From NCBI GenBank assembly GCA_964418485.1, contig CAYQMH010000004.1, forward strand, positions 2,173 to 66,172: DNA of 64,000 bases, given 5' to 3'. How positions within the stretch are numbered: position 1 is the stretch's first letter; every line of letters starts with the position of its first letter. Shown one piece after another: positions 36,764-45,615 of the stretch. A program made the translations under genes and the position numbers. Source of the stretch: an uncultured bacterium. GTDB taxonomy: Bacteria > Hydrothermota > UBA3072. Under the pieces are notes generated by a model. It searched no databases. It worked only from the letters and a program-made list of their open reading frames with translations, and was not told the DNA's origin.

Positions 36764-38811
36764 TTCCCTCCAGGTAGCATAATTACAGGTCTCTTTACGT
36801 AGTTTAGTATTTCATTGCATAGGTCTTTATAATTAATATATTCGGAAACCTCTATTTTTTTATCTTTTCTCTTCCAGTTATCTTTAAATATTAAGGTGTC
36901 ATCTTTTTCCGTATAAGAAGCCGTATACTCGGCATTTTTTTCTTTTCTTGAGAATTCTTCCGGTACAGATAAAATTTTCATTTCTTCCGGTAAGAGTATT
37001 TTGAAGGTATTAATTACTTCTTCAGAGGTATCGTATATCAAATCATAGTTACGCGTAGAGAGAGAAAGCTCGTTTTTTGTATATCTTTCTTCTAACTCGG
37101 GAAGTTTCAACAAATATAACTCTCCCTGTTTTTTCAAAATTTCCGGTACTTCATATTTGATTGTCATTTCTAAAGGTTTGGATATATCCATCAGGTTTTC
37201 TAAATTATAATCTATCAGTCGGGCGTTGGGAGAAACTCTTTTTGCCATTTGTTCGAACTGTTTCTTTTTTTCATCTTCTTCGAGTCTTTGCCAGTAGGCT
37301 CTGACACCCGCTTCATAACTTCCGTTGTAGCCGGACTGAAAAGTAACGAAGGCTGAATCGCTGGAAGTTACTTCGATTAAGTAAGTGTAGTCTCTTCTGT
37401 TTCTTTCCGGAGTCGGTACTTCTATAAAGTCAATTCTAGATTTTTGCGCGCAAATTGCGTCGGTTCCGTGGTCCATAGTCGCAAAAGAAGGATATCTATG
37501 ATATTCGGAAACCGGATCCAGAAAATAAGGTTTTCCTTCTTTTGGGAAAATTTCTACTATAGCGTGGTCTCCCCAGAATGAAGGAATTTCTTTAATTAAT
37601 CTTGGGCCGGGATAAGTATGTAGATAAACAGGGTATGCTTCTATATCGACCGCTTTTAATAGGGTGGAGAAGAGTATGGATTTATCGGTGCAGTCTCCGT
37701 ATCCGTTTTCCATGGTTTCAGAAGCTTTGTGGCCCGAGACGCCGCTCGACGTACCTCCCTTAATAGATATATATCGTATATTTCTCTGTATCCAGTGATA
37801 CAGAGAAGCTGTTTTTTCTTCATGAGTGTTTAAACCTGTTGTCAAAGAATCCGCAATTTTTTGTATCTCTCCCGTTACCTCCATCCTTTTTTTCTGAAAA
37901 TCGGCGTACCAGTTGAATATATAATCCCAGTTTTTTTGGTTTGAGAAACGGAGAAAAGGTACAATCTCTTCCGTAACCGGCATTAGAGGTTCTTCAATGG
38001 GTGGTAGGGTATTTAATTTTTTGAAAGCAAGTACTTTCGTTGAGTTGGTAAATAAGGTATTAATGACAACACCCTTTTCGTTTTTTATAACATAATTACA
38101 ATAACTGCTCAAGGGTACAATTATTTCAACAAAAGATTCGATTACAGGCTCCGAACCTCCGAAGAACCATCCCAATGTGAAGATCTTTTTATCCCAGGGG
38201 TTAAAAATTTCTTCTGTGTATTTGTATTCAATGATATCTCCGACTTCGACTTCAGGAATTGAAAATGCGATTATTTTATCTTTGTCGAAGAACATACCTT
38301 CTTCTTTTGATTTTGTGATTGTTATTTTGTTCATATCGAGGGGTATAATTCTGCCGTTGCTTTTTATAACTCTTGCCATATCGATTTTTATATTTTCTCT
38401 TTGTTGGTCAAATTGTCGCTGGAAATTAGCCCAGCTTCGTTTGGAATCTTTTAAAATTAATCCGCGAAAATGGTATTCGTAATTACGAGTTCCGTCAGGA
38501 AACAGCTTATTTATGCCTTTATCGAGCATAACAACTCCGTCAAAATCTGCAAATTCCACAATTAAATTTTCTCTGTCTTCAAGGATGCCCTCGATATTCT
38601 TAGGTAATTCCCCTTTTCCCTTTTCAAGACCGCCTTCGCCTAATATAATGGATTTAACATCGGTTCTTAGTAAAAGGGTATCGGTTGTATAAATAGAGTC
38701 TTTTTTCATCTGAACTGAGTCCGAATTGATAATTTTTCCGTTGTTTAATTCGAGTCTATGAGAGAAGACGCTAAAGGATATAAGAGAGATTAATAAAAAT
38801 ATTTTTCTCAA
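36760..38811 (-). CDS. Transglutaminase-like (DUF3857-type) secreted protein
   Basis: Signal peptide; 'GYGDCTDKSILFSTLLKAVDIEAYPV' transglutaminase-like Cys core; 683 aa, paralogous to the upstream gene. Confidence 0.6.
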   Translation of the reverse strand: MRKIFLLISLISFSVFSHRLELNNGKIINSDSVQMKKDSIYTTDTLLLRTDVKSIILGEGGLEKGKGELPKNIEGILEDRENLIVEFADFDGVVMLDKGINKLFPDGTRNYEYHFRGLILKDSKRSWANFQRQFDQQRENIKIDMARVIKSNGRIIPLDMNKITITKSKEEGMFFDKDKIIAFSIPEVEVGDIIEYKYTEEIFNPWDKKIFTLGWFFGGSEPVIESFVEIIVPLSSYCNYVIKNEKGVVINTLFTNSTKVLAFKKLNTLPPIEEPLMPVTEEIVPFLRFSNQKNWDYIFNWYADFQKKRMEVTGEIQKIADSLTTGLNTHEEKTASLYHWIQRNIRYISIKGGTSSGVSGHKASETMENGYGDCTDKSILFSTLLKAVDIEAYPVYLHTYPGPRLIKEIPSFWGDHAIVEIFPKEGKPYFLDPVSEYHRYPSFATMDHGTDAICAQKSRIDFIEVPTPERNRRDYTYLIEVTSSDSAFVTFQSGYNGSYEAGVRAYWQRLEEDEKKKQFEQMAKRVSPNARLIDYNLENLMDISKPLEMTIKYEVPEILKKQGELYLLKLPELEERYTKNELSLSTRNYDLIYDTSEEVINTFKILLPEEMKILSVPEEFSRKEKNAEYTASYTEKDDTLIFKDNWKRKDKKIEVSEYINYKDLCNEILNYVKRPVIMLPGGK

Positions 38812-38886
38812 TATTCCTCCTTTTCCGACTATTGAAAAAAGTATACAAAGCGTACAAAAATCTATTTGTCTTTTACTGCTGCTTTT

Positions 38887-39702
38887 TTACGTTGTTTTTT
38901 TCTTTCTTCTATAACCAAGTATTATAACAAAAACAGAAGTTAATATCATAAATATGCTTAAGACCTGCGAAAGAGTAAGGTATTTAAGAATCAAAGCATT
39001 TCCGGAGTATTGTCGGAAGAAATCGATGGTGAAACGGTGGAGTCCGTAAAGACCTATGAATAAGGTAAAAAGGAAACCATTGAAGAGCGTTTTCTTTCTA
39101 ATTTTCCATAATATTCCGAAAATTATCAATAGATTTAAGGTCGATATCAGTTGTGTGGGAATGACAGATAAGCTATGCGAAGTTCCCTCGGTAATTAAAC
39201 CTCGTTGTAAGTGATCCGAATACACAGGAGGATACCATTTCGCAGGAAAGCGGACTCCTATCCAGGAATCCGTAACCCTTCCGTAGCAGCAACCATTAAG
39301 AAAACAACCTATTCTGCCGATACCAATTGCTATGGCAATCCCGGGTGCCATAATATCCATAACTTTAGCCATCGGCAATTTTGCTATTTTGATAAAGAGT
39401 ATTCCTCCTATAAAACCTCCGATAAAACCACCATAAAATACCATTCCTCCTTCCCATAGCTTAAAAATAGCAATAGGATTAGAGGCGAACTGGTACCAGT
39501 TTTCCGATACGTACCATATTCGGGCTCCAATAAGCATTCCGACTATGACCCACATAGTCAGAGATTGAACCAGTACGGGCTTTATATCGTTTCTAATCGC
39601 TTCTTTGTTTATAAAGTACATTCCGACAAGATATCCGGTTACTGCCATAACTCCGTAAGCAGGTAATTGAAAATTTCCGATTATAAGTAAATATCTGTAC
39701 AT
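38887..39702 (-). CDS. lgt: Prolipoprotein diacylglyceryl transferase
   Basis: Polytopic; Lgt signature 'GRIGCFLNGCCYGRVTD'; 'WGG'. Confidence 0.85.
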   Translation of the reverse strand: MYRYLLIIGNFQLPAYGVMAVTGYLVGMYFINKEAIRNDIKPVLVQSLTMWVIVGMLIGARIWYVSENWYQFASNPIAIFKLWEGGMVFYGGFIGGFIGGILFIKIAKLPMAKVMDIMAPGIAIAIGIGRIGCFLNGCCYGRVTDSWIGVRFPAKWYPPVYSDHLQRGLITEGTSHSLSVIPTQLISTLNLLIIFGILWKIRKKTLFNGFLFTLFIGLYGLHRFTIDFFRQYSGNALILKYLTLSQVLSIFMILTSVFVIILGYRRKKKTT

Positions 39703-39713
39703 TAATTTCCCCT

Positions 39714-40571
39714 TTATTGTTTAGAATTGACAGTTTTTAGTTTATTTTGTATGTTCTTTCTTAGTTCGGACCTTCTTACAAATGTATTTGAAGGGCATTT
39801 TTCTAAAGCGGGTTCCAAAAGCTTATTATCTTTTATTTTACTCCATTGTACCATTGCGAGCTTGCCGTCCATTTCTATTATTTCATCTTCTGTTACTCTT
39901 GTGCATAAAGTACAGCCAGTACATCCTCTCGAACATACACTCTTAACATTTTTTGCATCATCGTAAGAACGGCAGGCTATGTATATGTCCTGGTCTTTTG
40001 GAATAAGTTTAAAAAGTCCCCTCGGGCAAGTTTCCACGCAAATTCCGCATGCTGTACAATTCTCTTCTATTACATAGGGTAATCCTTTTTCACCCATTTC
40101 AATCGCGTTAAAAGGGCATGCCCGAACACAGTCTCCGAGTCCCAGACAACCGTACTGGCATCCTTTATCTCCCCCCATCAAATTAAGAGCTTCGCATGTC
40201 GATATTCCGTCGTAATCAGCTGTTCTCTTTGCGGTTTCGCTGTCGCCAAGACAACAAAGAACAGACACTTCTTCCGGGCCTGTGTTTTTTTCTTTAATCC
40301 CCATTATTTCCGAGATTTTACTAGCCGCTTTCTGTCCACCGGCTTTACAGCCGTTTACCCCATATTGACCTTCGACAACGCCACCAGCAAAAGCTGCGCA
40401 CCCAGGAGCGCCACAGGCACCGCAATCTATACCGGGCAAGATTTCCCGGATTTTTTCTACCCTTTCATCATTTTTTACCTTGAACTTTTCAGCGCTAAAA
40501 ACTAAAAAAGCTCCAAAGATAAGCGTTAATCCGGCGAGCAATAATACAGGTACTAAAACTTGATTCATCAA
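39714..40571 (-). CDS. RnfB-like Fe-S protein (N-terminal TM, CxxCGxxGC Fe-S domain, multiple 4Fe-4S ferredoxin motifs); standalone
   Basis: 'DCGACGAPGCAAF' then CxxCxxCxxxCP motifs x2+; no other rnf genes adjacent. Confidence 0.65.
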   Translation of the reverse strand: MMNQVLVPVLLLAGLTLIFGAFLVFSAEKFKVKNDERVEKIREILPGIDCGACGAPGCAAFAGGVVEGQYGVNGCKAGGQKAASKISEIMGIKEKNTGPEEVSVLCCLGDSETAKRTADYDGISTCEALNLMGGDKGCQYGCLGLGDCVRACPFNAIEMGEKGLPYVIEENCTACGICVETCPRGLFKLIPKDQDIYIACRSYDDAKNVKSVCSRGCTGCTLCTRVTEDEIIEMDGKLAMVQWSKIKDNKLLEPALEKCPSNTFVRRSELRKNIQNKLKTVNSKQ

Positions 40572-40644
40572 CCCTCCCGTTTTTTATTATTACTTCATTC
40601 AATTGAAAATAAAAAGAAGTTATTCATTGTCAAGCCATTTTCTT

Positions 40645-40825
40645 ACCACAGAGTACACGGGGAAGAAATTAGAAAAATTGAAAAATGGGAAAATAGTAAA
40701 ATGGTAACAAAAAACTTTAAACTAAATACTAATGTTTAAAAATTAACCACAAAGGTCACAAAGATTTTCTTTCTGTTTTTACTATTCAACTATTCAACAA
40801 TTTAACCATTCAACTTAGTCTATTG
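40645..40825. repeat. Intergenic repeat (CACAGAG, CACAAAG units + TTCAACTA tandem)
   Basis: taccacagagtacac..aaccacaaaggtcacaaag..ctattcaactattcaacaatttaaccattcaactt. Confidence 0.75.
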
Positions 40826-40831
40826 ACTATA

Positions 40832-42010
40832 TTAGTTTATAAGAGAGGGGAGAGCTACTGAGTTATGTGTAAAATAACCGCTTATTTCTTCGATATGTTT
40901 TAATGCCTTAAAGAATGCATCCGTGGTTTCGGGGCAGAAATGTTCGCCTCTTTCTTGATGAATCATAGCGAATGTTTTAGAAAGGGAGAACGGTTTTTCT
41001 CTATATGGTCTATCTGAAGTAAGAGCATCAAAAAAATCAGATAAAGCTACTATTCTGCCCGATAAAGGTATTTTTTTTCCTTTAAGACCCCTTGGATAAC
41101 CTTTCCCATCCCATCTTTCATGATGGGTATAAGCTATCTCGGCGGCAGTCTTAATTATTTCTGATTTAGAATCTTTCAGAAGTTTAAATCCAAGCGTGGT
41201 GTGTCCTTTCATTATTTCCCATTCCTCCGCGTTAAGTTTGCCGGGTTTGTTGAGTATCTTATCCGGAATACCTATTTTGCCTATATCATGCAGAGGGCTG
41301 CTTCTATAAATAGTTTCCACCAGATCATCTTTTAGCCCTAAAGTTTCGGCTATTATTTTTGAGAAGATTGCGACTCTTTTAATATGATCTCCGGTTTCTT
41401 TGTCTTTATATTCGGCAGCTTCACCGAGTACGAAAATTGTTTCTAATTGCGCGGATTCAAGTTCGTCTGTAAGCTGAGCATTTCTTATTGCTACAGCCGC
41501 CTGTGAGGCGAGAGATTCGGTTAATTTTTCATCTGCTTTGCTAAAAGGTTTTATTTTCCCTCTTTCGGTTTTGTTTATAAGTTGAAATACTCCTACTAAT
41601 TGTCGTTTTCTGTCTATAATAGGTACTGTTAACATCGATTTGCATTTATAGCCTGTTTTTTCCTCGAATTCCGTATTATGACAGTAGGGACGGCCTTTTA
41701 TGGCATTTAAATCTTTTATATTTAATATTTTTTTATTTTTAGCACTCCAGCCCGCAATGGATTTGTTTGATATTGGAAGGGCATGTGGGGCAATCAAGTC
41801 AAGGAAATTTTTCTTACCCATTTTTTTTTCGAGGGTAAGATTACGTGAAACTCTGAATTCCAGTTTGTTATCGTTCTTAAGGTAAAATGTTCCGGCGTCC
41901 GCTTTACAAAGTTTAGAGGTATCTTCGAGGATTACATGAAGCAGTATGGAGAGGTCTCTTTCCGCTGCTAATTTGATACCTATTTCGATTAATGTATCGT
42001 AATTACTCAT
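40832..42010 (-). CDS. GAF-domain HD-GYP phosphodiesterase (c-di-GMP)
   Basis: N-terminal GAF; HD '..LHDIGKI..'; 'HHERWDGKGYPRGL' HD-GYP signature. Confidence 0.8.
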   Translation of the reverse strand: MSNYDTLIEIGIKLAAERDLSILLHVILEDTSKLCKADAGTFYLKNDNKLEFRVSRNLTLEKKMGKKNFLDLIAPHALPISNKSIAGWSAKNKKILNIKDLNAIKGRPYCHNTEFEEKTGYKCKSMLTVPIIDRKRQLVGVFQLINKTERGKIKPFSKADEKLTESLASQAAVAIRNAQLTDELESAQLETIFVLGEAAEYKDKETGDHIKRVAIFSKIIAETLGLKDDLVETIYRSSPLHDIGKIGIPDKILNKPGKLNAEEWEIMKGHTTLGFKLLKDSKSEIIKTAAEIAYTHHERWDGKGYPRGLKGKKIPLSGRIVALSDFFDALTSDRPYREKPFSLSKTFAMIHQERGEHFCPETTDAFFKALKHIEEISGYFTHNSVALPSLIN

Positions 42011-42057
42011 ACGTATTTATAATAAGTACATTTGAGTGATATGTCAATGTTTAATTA

Positions 42058-42230
42058 ACCGCAGAGTCTACAGAGAAGTAAGGACTTCTCAGTATTTAAT
42101 TGTAAATTGCAAGTTGTAAATTGAAAATTGAAAATTTAAAAACAGAAATAGGACGCAGATGAACGCAGATTTTCAGGATTCTTTGTTTTTACTATGTTAA
42201 CTATTTAACAATTCAACTATATTAACTCAA
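42058..42230. repeat. Intergenic repeat incl. TTGTAAATTGCAAG tandem, 23-nt motif copy 2 (42148-42170), TTAACTATTTAAC units
   Basis: accgcagagtctacagag..ttgtaaattgcaagttgtaaattgaaaattgaaaattt..ataggacgcagatgaacgcagat..ctatgttaactatttaacaattcaactatattaact. Confidence 0.8.
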
Positions 42231-42284
42231 ATTCGGAGAATTTGTTAAATTGATACGGATATACGCGGATAAAAAAAGGGGCAT

Positions 42285-42345
42285 AGTTACATACAATATT
42301 AGTAATATCGATTAACTATGCCCTATGTTTTAGAGCTCTATTTTA
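42285..42345 (-). terminator. Intrinsic terminator downstream of the RRM gene (11-bp perfect stem + T-tract on minus strand)
   Basis: gggcatagtta..(23 nt loop)..taactatgccc; minus strand continues CTTTTTTTAT. Confidence 0.6.
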
Positions 42346-42357
42346 GTTGTTAAGCTT

Positions 42358-42648
42358 CTAATTTGACCATGGGGTGCGGCCACCACCGCCTCTTCCGAAA
42401 TTTTCAGTACGAGGTCGAGCTTTAGTTACTTTCAGTTCTTTTCCTTTGAGTTCTTTGCCGTTTAAACCGGCAATTGCTGCTTCTGCTTCGCTTTCCTTTG
42501 GCATTTCAACAAATCCAAAGCCTCTATTTTCGCCTGTGTACCTGTCTTTGATTAGTCTAACAGAAGTTAGCTCACCGTAAGATGAAAATTCTTTATTCAT
42601 TTCTTCTTCGGTCAATTGTGATGAAATGTTACCTACATATATATTCAT
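42358..42648 (-). CDS. RRM-domain RNA-binding protein with Gly-rich C-terminus
   Basis: RNP-2 'NIYVGNI', RNP-1 'RGFGFVEM'; GRGGGGR tail; start chosen at MNIYVGN. Confidence 0.85.
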   Translation of the reverse strand: MNIYVGNISSQLTEEEMNKEFSSYGELTSVRLIKDRYTGENRGFGFVEMPKESEAEAAIAGLNGKELKGKELKVTKARPRTENFGRGGGGRTPWSN

Positions 42649-42867
42649 ATTACCTCCTTTTAGGTTTGAATATTTACATGTTTTCGTAAATGTAATTAAA
42701 TCCGAATACAATCCTGCAGAAAAAGTATTGAGATGTCTAACCGGCAAAACCAGAATGGAGATAAAAAAGTATTAACAATTATATTCCGAACGATCTTGAA
42801 GGTTCCATAACCTACATTTACTGCGTCTATAATACTTGATTTTCAAGAAAAGTCAAGGGGGGGATTC

Positions 42868-43015
42868 ACCACAGAGGTCACAGAGCAAAACAAAACACAC
42901 AGAGAGTACAGAGAAAAAAAGTATTTTTTTGTTTTTAAAACCCACTTCCCCGCACAAAATTATTCTCACGCAAAGTCACAGAGAACACAAAGAAAAAAAT
43001 ATTTGTGTTTTTAAA
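42868..43015. repeat. Composite intergenic repeat (CACAGAG array - CCCACTTCCCC - AAAATTATT - CACAGAG/CACAAAG)
   Basis: caccacagaggtcacagagc..acacagagagtacagag..gtttttaaaacccacttccccgcacaaaattattctcacgcaaagtcacagagaacacaaag. Confidence 0.85.
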
Positions 43016-43192
43016 ATTCGTTCCCATTGACTTGATTCTTTAAATCCGTTATTATTATGAAAAAAAAGTTGATCAAATAACGAAAAAGAAAATCTGTTGA
43101 ATAAAGTGAATGATGGCAAAATCTTTGTGATAAAATTGGAGAGTTAAATTAAAGGATTTTTTTTACTGATAGAAAAATTAAAAGAAATATTA

Positions 43193-44473
43193 ATGGCTTC
43201 ATTATTTTTTACGCTGTTTTTCACTCAAAGTTGTTTTGCTTTGGAAGATAGTAATATTTATGATAAATATTCTTTTATATCAGGAAATGAACAACTATCT
43301 GAAAGAGTACTTATGCTTGACTTATCAAACCCTTTAAAAAATTATGAGGCAAATTCAAATTTGTTCCTTTCTATAAATCAATTATCAGGAAGAGCTAATG
43401 ACTTTTTAGGAATATGGCTTAATGGTGATAATTATAGATGGTCCAGAATCTTGCTGTTATGTGGTTCATGGTGGCTATCCGTCGGTGAATCATATTATTC
43501 TCACGAAATTGCGCATTTATTCAGGCCAAGAAGGAATGGATTAAAATGCTACGTTGATATTGATATGAATGATTGGTGGTCTCATTTATGGCCTAGATAT
43601 AAAGCATTAGTTTCAAGTTATCGAGAAATGACTGATGAGGATTTTCTTGGAGTGGTGGTTGAGGGTTTAAATCAGTGGGAATTTAATTCTTTTAATAAAT
43701 GGTCTTTAAGCGTAAAACAGAATCAACTATCTCTTAATGATGTTGTTTACTTTTTTATAGAAAAATTATGGGATATGGAATACATATTACATGTCGGATT
43801 TGACGATTTTACCCCCAGATGGAAACTAGATTATATTGCTTTTCTTGGGTATTGTGATGTTAGAAATCTGCATAGTGATATTGATGTTTATACGATATAT
43901 CTTTCTAATTTTAATGATATTGAATTGAAAAAAACCGAATATCTGGGTCAAACAATGCTGGCAGATTTGCTTTCATTTCATACCTGGGAAAGTATTTTTT
44001 TGATTATAAAGTACTTGTTTTCCGGAAATAGATACTCCAGCCCCTGGAAAATTGAATTTAGCGATAATTTAAAAGTTTTACCGCCAATAATTAATATTTA
44101 CGCAACTTCTAAGGGAGGGTTCTTTAATTCAACATCATTAATAAAGGTAGGGAAAAGTCATAATATATTTTTATCTTTTGGTTTAGATGCTGATGGGGTT
44201 GGAGGTGGCGAGGTGGATTGCTTTAGACTGGGTGTGAATTATCAAGACTTAAATATAGCAAAATTTTCATTTGCTCCTTTTTTCAATATTAATACTACAA
44301 GGAATTTACAATATAAGGGTGCTTCAATTGGAATGTGTATAAACTTCAGAATCAATGAAAATATATTATTTAGAACAAAGTACGAATACAATGATAATGA
44401 TATAATAGAAAATGTAGTAAAAAATAAAGACGAAGGCTCCCTAATCACATTGGGTTTTGCCGTAAGAATTTGA
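43193..44473 (+). CDS. Hypothetical secreted protein with HExxH motif
   Basis: 426 aa; N-terminal signal peptide; 'YYSHEIAHLFRP' at ~aa 100; W/Y-rich; no family recognised. Confidence 0.5.
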   Translation: MASLFFTLFFTQSCFALEDSNIYDKYSFISGNEQLSERVLMLDLSNPLKNYEANSNLFLSINQLSGRANDFLGIWLNGDNYRWSRILLLCGSWWLSVGESYYSHEIAHLFRPRRNGLKCYVDIDMNDWWSHLWPRYKALVSSYREMTDEDFLGVVVEGLNQWEFNSFNKWSLSVKQNQLSLNDVVYFFIEKLWDMEYILHVGFDDFTPRWKLDYIAFLGYCDVRNLHSDIDVYTIYLSNFNDIELKKTEYLGQTMLADLLSFHTWESIFLIIKYLFSGNRYSSPWKIEFSDNLKVLPPIINIYATSKGGFFNSTSLIKVGKSHNIFLSFGLDADGVGGGEVDCFRLGVNYQDLNIAKFSFAPFFNINTTRNLQYKGASIGMCINFRINENILFRTKYEYNDNDIIENVVKNKDEGSLITLGFAVRI

Positions 44474-44477
44474 TGAA

Positions 44478-44529
44478 CAAACAAAGCACACAAAGACACA
44501 AAGAAAATAGGACGCAGATGAACGCAGAT
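44478..44529. repeat. CACAAAG array + 23-nt motif copy 3 (44507-44529)
   Basis: caaacaaagcacacaaagacacaaagaaaataggacgcagatgaacgcagat. Confidence 0.85.
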
Positions 44530-44610
44530 TTAAAAGAATTTTTTGTTGTTTTATACCTCTGACTTACTAATTCTTAATACTCAAATTATATAAAATCTTT
44601 TCACATTTCA

Positions 44611-44679
44611 ATGCCTGACCCTGTTGATATGACCCTGTTGATACTGTTGATATTCACAATGCCTGACCCTGTTGATATT
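44611..44679 (+). repeat. Direct repeats of (ATGCCT)GACCCTGTTGATAT (3-4 copies)
   Basis: atgcctgaccctgttgatat gaccctgttgatac tgttgatatt cacaatgcctgaccctgttgatatt. Confidence 0.8.
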
Positions 44680-44709
44680 AAAAATAAGTCCCCTACTTTT
44701 ATTACTTCA

Positions 44710-45378
44710 TCATCTCCTTTGACGACACTTTTTGTGTTCGCGCGCATTTTCTAGAGTAAAAATTAAGTCCTCACCATCACCAATAGAGGGGATATATTGA
44801 TACGTAGTGCGTGATTTCCAGAAGTGTTCCTCTATATCGCCGAGAAGTTTTTGAATCTTTTCCAGAATATTCTCAATATAAGTCCGACTAATACCGGGTA
44901 GAGGGTCAGAGTGATATTGAAGTGTGGTTTCAAGATCTTCATGTGCAAGAAGGCGATTCCGTACCTTTCGTAATGGCTCATAATAGCCCTTAAGTTCCTT
45001 CAATTCTGACTGCCATTTGTCGAATAGAATCGTATCTATGGAGGGTTTTAACTTATCTATTAAATAATCCAAAGATACATTTTTTTTACCACGCGATTCT
45101 TTAGGATCCATGAATCGAGAGATTGCTAGTATTACATCGTGGCGCATAATACGATCCAATAATCCAAAGAATGAAGATGCAGCCCAGTTTAAAAGACCTA
45201 CACGTTCAGGAGAAGTCCCAAATAGGGATTTATAGTTTTGCCAATTCAAGTGTAAGTAAGCAACATTGGTCAAAAGCTCATAAAATAACTCTCCCGTTCC
45301 CTTTGGAAAGAGTGCACGCGCTTTTTCTCGAACCTCTTCCGGAGTCTGATGATTCTTCATTTTCTTATTCGTATTCAT
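44710..45378 (-). CDS. Putative HEPN-domain protein (Abi-like; RNxxxAH motif)
   Basis: 222 aa; 'LRKVRNRLLAHEDL' fits the HEPN Rx4-6H (RN..AH) motif near the C-terminal third; no other family recognised. Confidence 0.4.
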   Translation of the reverse strand: MNTNKKMKNHQTPEEVREKARALFPKGTGELFYELLTNVAYLHLNWQNYKSLFGTSPERVGLLNWAASSFFGLLDRIMRHDVILAISRFMDPKESRGKKNVSLDYLIDKLKPSIDTILFDKWQSELKELKGYYEPLRKVRNRLLAHEDLETTLQYHSDPLPGISRTYIENILEKIQKLLGDIEEHFWKSRTTYQYIPSIGDGEDLIFTLENAREHKKCRQRR

Positions 45379-45519
45379 TTTATAATAAAAATTTAAAAAA
45401 GCTTACTGATAAGTCAATAGACTATGTCCGGGAACGCTGTGACTTGAGAATCGCAAGACGTGAGTCAAAAAAATGTCGTAGCAGTTTAATATAGATTTTA
45501 AACTCAATTCTGAAAACCC

Positions 45520-45549
45520 TTGACATCCTACCCACTTTTGAGGTATATT
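45520..45549 (+). promoter_or_regulatory. Sigma70-like promoter (TTGACA-N18-TATATT) for the Cys-rich/DUF559 nuclease gene
   Basis: cTTGACAtcctacccacttttgaggTATATTgtg in the divergent intergenic region. Confidence 0.4.
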
Positions 45550-45615
45550 GTGAAGGAGGAAGCAACAATTTAAAGTTCAAGAAGTGGTCACTATCGTTCT
45601 TGTTGTTAAGAAAAG

